Position numbers and translations under genes: made by a program. From assembly GCA_034722435.1 (NCBI GenBank), contig JAYENX010000059.1:11131-25266 (forward strand): a stretch of 14,136 nt of DNA, read 5' to 3'. The DNA comes from Nanobdellota archaeon. Its GTDB lineage: Archaea > Nanobdellota > Nanobdellia > Woesearchaeales > JAHWHD01. Of the stretch, positions 1 through 7,700 are shown piece by piece. The stretch's first letter is position 1, and every line of letters begins with the position of its first letter. A model generated the notes under the pieces. It had not been told where the DNA came from. It saw only the letters and a list, made by a program, of their open reading frames with translations, and did not search any database.

Positions 1-828
1 GTTGATTATGATGATTCGGATTGTCCGTGTGATTATACGTTTATTATTTGGCAGGACCTGGATGGAGATGGGCATGGAGATTCTACTGTTTCAAGAGAGG
101 TTTGTGTGATATTTGGTGATATTTTTATTCCTGAACCTGTTCCTACTTGTGCTGATGGTATTGAGTATTGTTTGACTTCTGGCGATTGTATTGCTAATGG
201 TTATTATTGGTATAATGATATTTGTAATGTTGTTCCTGAACCTACTTGTGCTGATGGTATTGAGTATTGTTTGACTTCTGGCGATTGTATTGCTAATGGT
301 TATTATTGGTATGATGATATTTGTAATGTTGTTCCTGAACCTACTTGTGCTGATGGTATTGAGTATTGTTTAACTTCTGGTGATTGTATTACTAATGGTT
401 ATTATTGGTATGATAATGATTGCCATACTGTTCCTGAACCTGTTCCTACTTGTGCTGATGGTGTTGTATATTGTTTGACTTCTGGCGATTGTATTGCTAA
501 TGGTTATTATTGGTATGATAATGATTGTCATGCTGTTCCTGAACCTTTGATTTGTTGTAATCCTGGTCCTAGTGCAGATAATCGTGATTATGATATATGT
601 CAAGGTGGAAGTATAGTATTAGGTTGTAATTCTAAAAGTACTCAATATGATCAAGCAGCAGCAATTGCAAATTGTATAGCTTCACGTACTAAATATGATT
701 CATCACTACCTTTAAGCACATGGATTTATGCATGTGAAACAAATTGGGATTATCATTATTGTAGTGATATAACTAGAACTGGTTCACCAGTTGAACCTTA
801 TTGTATGGTGCAAGAAGCAGCAGATTAA
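1..828 (+). CDS. 5'-truncated Cys/Asp-rich surface protein with a PF11617-like DxDGDG motif, four tandem 33-aa Cys repeats and a unique C-terminal domain
   Basis: The frame of ORF 106..828 stays open back to the window edge and reads LDYDDSDCPCDYTFIIWQDLDGDGHGDSTVSREVCVIFGD..., so GTG106 is probably an internal Val and the gene starts upstream. W-x-D-x-D-G-D-G-x-G matches the start of the 'putative metal-binding motif' (PF11617). Stop TAA at 826-828. Confidence 0.85.
   Translation, partial: VDYDDSDCPCDYTFIIWQDLDGDGHGDSTVSREVCVIFGDIFIPEPVPTCADGIEYCLTSGDCIANGYYWYNDICNVVPEPTCADGIEYCLTSGDCIANGYYWYDDICNVVPEPTCADGIEYCLTSGDCITNGYYWYDNDCHTVPEPVPTCADGVVYCLTSGDCIANGYYWYDNDCHAVPEPLICCNPGPSADNRDYDICQGGSIVLGCNSKSTQYDQAAAIANCIASRTKYDSSLPLSTWIYACETNWDYHYCSDITRTGSPVEPYCMVQEAAD
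142..546 (+). repeat. Intragenic tandem repeat, 4 copies of about 99 nt (units start at 142, 241, 340, 445), encoding PTCADG(I/V)xYCLTSGDCIxNGYYWYxxxCxxVPE
   Basis: Read directly. Copies 1 and 2 differ at one base (AAT/GAT). Copy 3 is 105 nt because of an extra CCTGTT (Pro-Val). Each unit has 4 Cys. Confidence 0.97.
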
Positions 829-830
829 GA

Positions 831-2360
831 ATGAAGAAAATAATTATTATTGGAATTTGTATGATGGTTTTGTTAGTTAGTGTTGTTAGTGCTGGAGAAG
901 TTCTAATCGAAGGGTTTGAAAATAATGCAGATTGGGATGGGTGGCAAGGACATTTTAGAACAGCAACACATACGCAAGGATCTTATGCAATATCACTTCA
1001 AAAAACAACTACCAGTAGTTGGGCAACAATGATGGCCAAAAGTATAAGCCCGTTAGATTTATCTTCATACACTTCTTTTAGTATAGATTATTATGTTAAT
1101 CAACCATTATCAGTAATTGGTTTATATCTAGAAGATTCAGATACTATTTGTGCTTGGTTTAAATTAGCAGGTCATATAAACGGATGGAATACTTTTTCTT
1201 TTACTCCAAGTACACCGGCATGTTACATACCTGGTACAGGCATTAGTGTACCAGTAAGTGATTTAGATTATAATAATATTATAAGCATAGACACTTACTA
1301 CAGTACAGGCTCAACAGCAACAAACACTAATGGAATATATTTTGATAATTTTATAGGCACAATTCCTTGTGCATGTACAGGCACCTCATGTAACCCTGCA
1401 AACAACGGTCAGAAATGTGATGGTTGTATTTGGGTTAGTGCGCCTGCTGAAGTTTGTGGTGATGGTGTTGATAATGATTGTGATGGTCTGATTGATGAAG
1501 ATTGTAATGTTGATCCGGTAGGTAATTTAGATGGAGCTAATTGTGAAGGTATTTGGGGTTGGGCAAGAGATCCTGATTATCAAGCAGCGGGAGAGTATAT
1601 TGATGTACATTTTTATGCTGATGGTCCTGCGGGAACTGGTACTTATATTGGTGCTGTAACTGCTAATCAACCTTCTGAAGTAGGAGTTGGTGGTAATGGT
1701 AATCATCGTTATAGTTTTTTAACGCCAGTTAGTGTTTTAGATGGTATGTCACATGATGTTTATGTTTATGCTATTAATAATCCTTCAGGGAATAATCCCG
1801 TTCTTACAGGTTCTCCAAACACTATTACTCCTGTTGCTGAAATATGTGATAATGGTTATGATGATGATTGTGATGGGTTAGTTGATTATGATGATGTTAT
1901 TGATTGTTGCATATGTTCAGCGGTTGGTTGCGTTGATGTTATTAATCAACCAGGAGTGAGTTGTAACGGTTGTAATTTTGTTGTTGATGAAACGTGTGTT
2001 GAGAGTGGCTGGGTTAATATTGGTGATGATTGTGATGATACTAATCCTGATATTTATGCTGGTGCACCTGAACTTTGTGACGGGATAGATAACCAGTGTA
2101 GTGGTGATGTTGGATATGGAGAAATAGATGAAGGGTGTGATGTTGAGGATACTTCAATTACTGATTGTGGTTTTCGTTTGAATAATGGAACTGAAACTAT
2201 TACAATTGCGTGTGAAGCAGAAATTGCAACATCTCCTGCGAGAGTTTATAAAAATAGTAAAATCTGGGGTCTGGTATTAGTTGATATTACTGACTCGAGT
2301 GCGACACAGTTTAGAGTACAGACTAAAGATGGCGTGAAAGCTTTGATGAGGTTTTCATGA
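831..2360 (+). CDS. Secreted modular surface protein: signal peptide, carbohydrate-binding-module-like beta-sandwich, PF11617-like motifs, Ig-like 'GWAxDPD' domain, small C-terminal beta domain
   Basis: Start moved from 801 to ATG831, 2 nt after the upstream stop, which gives a classic signal peptide MKKIIIIGICMMVLLVSVVSA. Motifs: DLSSYTSFSIDYY...GIYFDNF (CBM/galactose-binding-like); EVCGDGVDNDCDGLIDE, EICDNGYDDDCDGLVD and DCDDTNPDIYAGAPELCDGIDNQC (PF11617-like); PVGNLDGANCEGIWGWARDPD...HDVYVYA (Ig-like). Confidence 0.85.
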   Translation: MKKIIIIGICMMVLLVSVVSAGEVLIEGFENNADWDGWQGHFRTATHTQGSYAISLQKTTTSSWATMMAKSISPLDLSSYTSFSIDYYVNQPLSVIGLYLEDSDTICAWFKLAGHINGWNTFSFTPSTPACYIPGTGISVPVSDLDYNNIISIDTYYSTGSTATNTNGIYFDNFIGTIPCACTGTSCNPANNGQKCDGCIWVSAPAEVCGDGVDNDCDGLIDEDCNVDPVGNLDGANCEGIWGWARDPDYQAAGEYIDVHFYADGPAGTGTYIGAVTANQPSEVGVGGNGNHRYSFLTPVSVLDGMSHDVYVYAINNPSGNNPVLTGSPNTITPVAEICDNGYDDDCDGLVDYDDVIDCCICSAVGCVDVINQPGVSCNGCNFVVDETCVESGWVNIGDDCDDTNPDIYAGAPELCDGIDNQCSGDVGYGEIDEGCDVEDTSITDCGFRLNNGTETITIACEAEIATSPARVYKNSKIWGLVLVDITDSSATQFRVQTKDGVKALMRFS

Positions 2361-2375
2361 TGGTTAATTTATGTA

Positions 2376-2443
2376 AATTTAAAATTATAATTATTAGGGG
2401 TGTATCATAATGAAAAATAAAAAATTTAAACAATTATCTCATG
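2376..2443 (+). repeat. Duplicated leader, copy 1: AATTTAAAATTATAATTAT, RBS, then ATGAAAAATAAAAAATTTAAACAATTATCTCATG
   Basis: 2410-2443 is identical (34/34 nt) to 3584-3617. 2376-2394 matches 3548-3566 at 18 of 19 nt. Confidence 0.93.
2396..2402 (+). promoter_or_regulatory. Putative ribosome-binding site AGGGGTG
   Basis: Lies 7 nt upstream of ATG2410 and resembles the archaeal GGAGGTGA consensus. Confidence 0.55.
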
Positions 2444-3549
2444 TTGAAGCTGTTGTATTTACAGCGATAGGCTTTTTAGTGGTTGCCGCTATATATGTAG
2501 GTGCTACCGGTTATATTGCAGGTACTCCTTCGCATAGTACTTTGTATGTTGATACTATTACTGGTAAAAGTGGAGGTACTGTTACTGTTCAGGATAATTT
2601 AGATGTTGTAGGTAGTCTTACAAGCGTAGGTACTATTTGTGATGCAAGCGGTTGTATTGGTTCGGCTGGTTCAACTTGGTTTGATGATGGTGTTAATGTT
2701 TATCGAGATACTGGTAATGTTGGAATTGGTACAACTTTGCCTTTAACAAAATTGGATATTAGTGGTAATCAGATTAATACGTTTACTGGCGCTACACGAG
2801 GAATATTAACATTACAAGCTCCGTATGTTGCGGGTAGTTATACTGCGCTTGATTTTCTTTATGGTATAGATTCTGTTCCTACTGCGAGAATTGCTGCGTA
2901 TCATGATGGTACGGGTTCAAGATTGGTTTTAGGAACTTCTAATAATTATGCAACAGGTATTACTAATGAAGCTTTGACTATTAATAATGCGGGTAATGTT
3001 GGTATTGGGACAAGTACTCCTGATAATAAATTAGAAGTTGATGGTGCTATTGAAATACAGGTAGAAGATGCGGATAGCAGGTTACGGTTTCATGATCCTA
3101 ATAATGTTTGGTACTCAATGGGTATTGATGTTTCTGATGGTAGAAAGTTTAAGATTAATAATGGTGGGAGTGTTGGTGAAACTGCTGGTCTAGTTTTGGA
3201 TACTTCGGGTAGAGTAGGTATTGGAACGACTGCACCTGCTCAGAAGTTAGATGTTGCTGGAAATATAAAAGCATCCGGTACTGTTTGTGACGGTTCTAAT
3301 AATTGTTTGAATAATGTAGGTGGCGGTGGCGGAATTACTGCGACTACAACTGATTCAGTGACTTGTACTAGTGGTGTGTTTAGCTCAAGTACTTGTTCAG
3401 TTGTTTGTCCTGCTACTTATTATCGAACAGGGTGTTCGGGAACATATGGTCCTATACCTATTTCAAGAGGATGTCAGGTAACAGTGCCGGGTCATTGTAG
3501 TGATTGTACTCCGAATAGAGCTACAATCTTTGTTTATTGTGCGAAGTAA
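2410..3549 (+). CDS. Membrane-anchored or secreted tail-fibre-like protein with three GxVGIGT repeats and a Cys-rich C-terminal tip
   Basis: Basic N-terminus followed by a hydrophobic helix (AVVFTAIGFLVVAAIYVGA). Repeats GNVGIGTTLPLTKLDISG, GNVGIGTSTPDNKLEVDG and GRVGIGTTAPAQKLDVAG. Two GTxCDxSxxC motifs. A Gly5 linker (3319-3333) precedes an 8-Cys terminal domain. Confidence 0.85.
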   Translation: MKNKKFKQLSHVEAVVFTAIGFLVVAAIYVGATGYIAGTPSHSTLYVDTITGKSGGTVTVQDNLDVVGSLTSVGTICDASGCIGSAGSTWFDDGVNVYRDTGNVGIGTTLPLTKLDISGNQINTFTGATRGILTLQAPYVAGSYTALDFLYGIDSVPTARIAAYHDGTGSRLVLGTSNNYATGITNEALTINNAGNVGIGTSTPDNKLEVDGAIEIQVEDADSRLRFHDPNNVWYSMGIDVSDGRKFKINNGGSVGETAGLVLDTSGRVGIGTTAPAQKLDVAGNIKASGTVCDGSNNCLNNVGGGGGITATTTDSVTCTSGVFSSSTCSVVCPATYYRTGCSGTYGPIPISRGCQVTVPGHCSDCTPNRATIFVYCAK

Positions 3550-3617
3550 TTTAAAATTGTAATTATATTATAGGTGATTCATGATGAAAAATAAAAAATT
3601 TAAACAATTATCTCATG
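3548..3617 (+). repeat. Duplicated leader, copy 2 (overlaps the stop codon of 2410..3549)
   Basis: AATTTAAAATTGTAATTAT at 3548-3566 plus a 34-nt coding start identical to 2410-2443. Confidence 0.93.
3572..3578 (+). promoter_or_regulatory. Ribosome-binding site AGGTGAT
   Basis: Close match to the archaeal SD. It is 5 nt from ATG3584 and only 2 nt from ATG3581, which favours 3584 as the start. Confidence 0.7.
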
Positions 3618-4759
3618 CAAAGGTGCTGGTTTTAGTGTCTATTGCTTTTTTAATTATAGCTGCAGTTTTTGTATCTGCAGAATATACTAGCGTTCCTAAA
3701 GGTGGGCATACTGCCGATAAAATAGTTGTGCTAGATAAGGATGGCGTTCAAAAGTCTTTACAGCAGTCTATTGATGAACAAACTTTATCTTCAGGTTTTG
3801 ATGGAGGTATAATCGAAGCTGATGCAGGTATTTTTTCAAAGTCGGATGATGGTTGTAATGCGGGTTATGTAAACATTTGGGACAGTTCTGATAACCGTGG
3901 TTGGCAGTTAGTTAATAGGCAAGCTGGTTGTGGTGTTGCGAATGATGCTTTGAATTTTTTCTTTTATGACGGTGCTGCTTGGTTACATAGAATGACTATG
4001 TTACCTGACGGGAATGTTGGGATAGGTACTGGTAATCCGGCTGCTAAGTTAGAAACTAATTTAGTTAATTCTGATGGTTGGTCAGGAAATACAAAAGCTT
4101 TGAGGATATCATCTCCTGATAATAATTATTATTTAGATTTGGATACTTATGTTGTTGGTGCAGGAAATGTTGGTTATCATTTTTCTCCTAATAATAATGC
4201 TGGTTTAGTAGTTACCACTCCTGGTGATGTGGGTATTGGAACAACTGCTCCGGGTGCAAAACTTGATGTGCAGGGTAATTTGAAGGTGGTTAATCATTAT
4301 TTTGATGCTGATGATGATAGTTGGTTAAGGCTTAGAACTTCTAATGGTGGCGCTTATAAAGATCTTGCAGTTGGACAATTATATTCAGCTACTGGAATCA
4401 CTCTTGGTGGAGTTCATAGGAATTCATGGCCTTCTGGTTGTGAATTAGCTTGGGTTGGTAGTACTTCATATGCTTTTGTTCCTATGAATGTACCTTCGAG
4501 ATGTAGTTCTGGTTGTGAGCTTAAGATTTTTTATACGCCTTACACAGCAGGAATTTCTGCAGTGACTTATTTGCGATATTCGGGTAATACTTGGATATCT
4601 GAAACGGGAGGAGGAACTAATGGGGATATTACTCCCTCTCTTATTGCTAGTTTAGCTAGACTTTGGCTTTATGATGATTATAGTGCTACTGAAACTTCGT
4701 CAACGCAATGGACTGTCCGTACTCAAACAGGAATAACGGGGTATATTTATGCTTGTTAA
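3584..4759 (+). CDS. Paralogous tail-fibre-like protein with two GxVGIGT repeats and a different C-terminal domain
   Basis: Same MKNKKFKQLSH start, then a hydrophobic helix. Repeats GNVGIGTGNPAAKLE and GDVGIGTTAPGAKLDVQG. ITLGGVHRNSWP precedes a roughly 107-aa tip with no visible similarity to that of 2410..3549. Confidence 0.85.
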   Translation: MKNKKFKQLSHAKVLVLVSIAFLIIAAVFVSAEYTSVPKGGHTADKIVVLDKDGVQKSLQQSIDEQTLSSGFDGGIIEADAGIFSKSDDGCNAGYVNIWDSSDNRGWQLVNRQAGCGVANDALNFFFYDGAAWLHRMTMLPDGNVGIGTGNPAAKLETNLVNSDGWSGNTKALRISSPDNNYYLDLDTYVVGAGNVGYHFSPNNNAGLVVTTPGDVGIGTTAPGAKLDVQGNLKVVNHYFDADDDSWLRLRTSNGGAYKDLAVGQLYSATGITLGGVHRNSWPSGCELAWVGSTSYAFVPMNVPSRCSSGCELKIFYTPYTAGISAVTYLRYSGNTWISETGGGTNGDITPSLIASLARLWLYDDYSATETSSTQWTVRTQTGITGYIYAC

Positions 4760-4798
4760 TAATAAAATTATTGTGAAAATTTTGAAAATGAAATTCAG

Positions 4799-7700
4799 AT
4801 GAAAAAATTATTTATTTTTGGAATTTGTATCTTTGTTTTGTTAGTGTTAAGTATGAATGTTTTTGCGGCTGAGGAGGTTATTGAGTATTTATCGGGTTCA
4901 AACTCGTTTACTTTTTATAGTGTGGGTGATAGAGTTTGGAGGTCTCATACTTTGTTTAAGATGGGTAGAGATTGGCAAAATATTCGTAGTTGTACTGGTG
5001 CATTAAGTGTTCAACATCAATCAATAGGTGCGGTGTCATCGGCTTTTAATTATCATTGGACTGGTACTTATTTTTATGAAAGTCCTGATATCACTGCGTA
5101 TAATGCTGGTGGCGGCTATGGAATTTCCTATAAATATTATACTCATATGATTCCTGTTTTGTCAAAGAATTATGCCTCTTCTTATAACCAAATGTGGGTT
5201 ACCAGTGTAGATAGATTGGGAGATGGATATTTGTACATGGTTCTTTGGGATGCAAGTGCGATAGGTGGTAGATGGCACGTTGTGAATTATAACTGGAACT
5301 GTCAATCTGTACAGTATAGATATTATAGAGATGCTGATGCTGATGGTTATGGAAATCCTAGTGTTAGTGTTGTTGCTCCGAGTAGGCCGGCGGGGTATGT
5401 AGATAATAAATTAGATTGTAATGATGGGAATTTTAATGTTAAACCGGGTGCAATCGAGATTTGTAATGGAATAGATGATAATTGTGTTAATGGTGTGGAT
5501 GAAGGAGGTATCTGTCCAACTTTAACTTATTATTGTGATAACGATAATGATGGTTATATTTCTGATGTAATTAGTGGAACTTGTGCGTCATTTAATTGTG
5601 TGCCTGCTGGTTGTGTTGAAGTGCAAGGTAGTGATTGTGATGATACTTTATTTGCAATTAATCCTGGTGTCAATGAATTGTGTGATGGTATAGATAATAA
5701 TTGTGTTAACGGTGTGGATGAAGAGAATGCAGCTGATTGTATTAATTATTATGAAGATACTGATTTAGATGGATATGGGGAGAATGTAAGGTGTATGTGT
5801 GCACCTGAAGATCCTTATAATGTTCTTCAGGGTGGAGATTGTATGGATACTTTTGATTTAGTTAATCCTGGTATGCCTGAGGCTTGTGACTGGGTTGATA
5901 ATGATTGTGATGGCGAGGTTGATGAGAATTGTGGTGGTGCGTGCACTGTTCGAGAGACGTGTGAAACTAATGAAAACGATATATTTCATATACATAATGT
6001 GATTGATGGTCATGCAGAGCTTAATAATGAAACAAATTTTGATTGGAAAGTTTGTTGTGTTAATATTACTAGTTCAATAGTTTACGGACAGGAAGAGATT
6101 CTTGGTTTTTCTGATTCAACAGAGGCGCATGTTGAAGTTAATACAGAAACTAATTTTCCGTTTAGATTATATTTAGATGCGCCAGATGGTGCTCTTGATT
6201 GTATATACTCAACAGTTTGTGCAGCACCTAATGTTTGTGTTGCGGGTATAAGTCCTGGTGATACTGAGTTACATGTTGGAACTTGTGATAATCAGGATAA
6301 TAAAGTTTGTTGTGATTTTGTACCTCTTATAGGGGCTTGTTCTATAAGGACAGATTGTGAAGTGACTGAGAACGATCTCTTTCATATTTCTGATTTGGTT
6401 GATGCTCATGCAGGTCTTAATACAGAGACTGAGTTAGAGTATAAAGTTTGTTGTGAAGGTATTGTGTCTAGTACAGTGTCCGGTCAGAATGAAGTTCTTG
6501 GGTTGTCAGATGTTACAGATGCGCATATTGAAAAGAATACTGAATTTAATTATCCTAATAGAATTTTTTTAAGTGCTGAGACGGGCGTTTTAGATTGTTA
6601 TTATTCAAATGTTTGCGAGTTACCTAGTGCCTGTGTGATTGGAATTGCCGAGGGTGATACTAATACTCATGCGGGTAGTTGTGCTAGTTACGATGAAAAG
6701 TTGTGTTGTGATTTAACTGAGTGTATTGATGTTGATAGAGATGGTTATTCTGTTGAAGGTGGACTTTGTGGACCTGTTGATTGTGATGATACTAATCCTA
6801 ATATTAATCCTGGTAAGGCTGATGTTTGTAATGGTATAGATGATGATTGTAATGTTACAACTGTAGATGGTTCAGGTGAACCTGCCCCTTTAAACTCTTT
6901 ACAGAATGGTGTGTGTACTGGTTCAAGGCAAGTCTGTAATGGGGTAGTTGGTTGGCAGGGAGATTATGGTATACCTAATTATGAAATTGTTGAAAGTTTA
7001 TGTGACGGTCTTGATAATGATTGTGATGGCGATGCTGATGAAGTTTGTGATGTTTGTTCAGTTAAGAGTTCGTGTTATGCAATTGAATATGAAATTTTGA
7101 ATTTTGATAAAAGAAGGGATGCGCATGTTGAACTTCCAAGTTATCCTAATTTTAATAATGTACTTTGCTGTAGAGATGTTGATTATTCAATAATTTCAGG
7201 TGACCAGAAAGTTTTAGGGCTTTCAGCTGAGAATGATGCGCATGTTCAGAAAGAATTTGTTGAAACTTATGTAGTGGATTTTTATCTTGACTCGCAAATT
7301 CCTGGAATGGCAGTAAATTGTAGTTATCGTGATACTTGTGTCGGTGTTGAATTTTGTGTACTTTCGTTAAGTGCGGGTGATACTGATTTACATGTTGCAA
7401 GTTGTGAACCTGCTGAATCTTTTACAACTAAACTTTGTTGTGAACATGTAGTAGGTTGTGATGATTTTGATGGTGATGGTTACGGTATAGGTGATGATAG
7501 AGCTGGTTGTGTGAACGGAGATGCTATTGATTGTGATGATGATACTAGCGATGACCCTGTAGGTTGTCCTTTAGACTCTGCATCTTGTACGGTTGCTACT
7601 CAAGATTGTGCAATATGTATATATCCTGGTTATCAAAATATTACTGATGTGTTTGGTTATGGGGATGTAGGCAGGTGTCAAGTACAAATGGATACTTGTA

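Noticed and set aside
142-546. Repeats as a CRISPR array or DGR template/variable pair
   Set aside because: Units are contiguous with no unique spacers and are in-frame coding. Differences are not confined to adenines, and no cas or reverse transcriptase gene is in the window.
370-603. 77-aa minus-strand ORF
   Set aside because: Antisense shadow of the tandem repeat region. The Ile/Thr-rich sequence just mirrors the T-rich codons of the real + strand gene.
801-830. ORF-track start at 801 for the 519-aa protein
   Set aside because: It overlaps the upstream gene and adds MYGARSSRLR before a clean signal peptide. ATG831 is more plausible.
3061-3095. DADSRLRF as a peptidase S74 chaperone start (SDxRLK)
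   Set aside because: It is internal, lacks the following KxNI pattern and coiled-coil domain, and is followed by another GxVGIGT repeat.
2410-4759. Active shufflon or invertible adhesin cassettes
   Set aside because: No inverted repeats or shared sfx-like sites at the tip junctions, all cassettes are in the same orientation with their own starts, and there is no recombinase in the window.
2410-4759. Prophage tail module
   Set aside because: No capsid, terminase, baseplate, tape-measure or integrase genes are present. The proteins carry cellular export or anchor helices and share the host-like codon style.
7152-7400. 82-aa minus-strand ORF
   Set aside because: Shadow ORF inside the 1317-aa gene with no recognisable motif.
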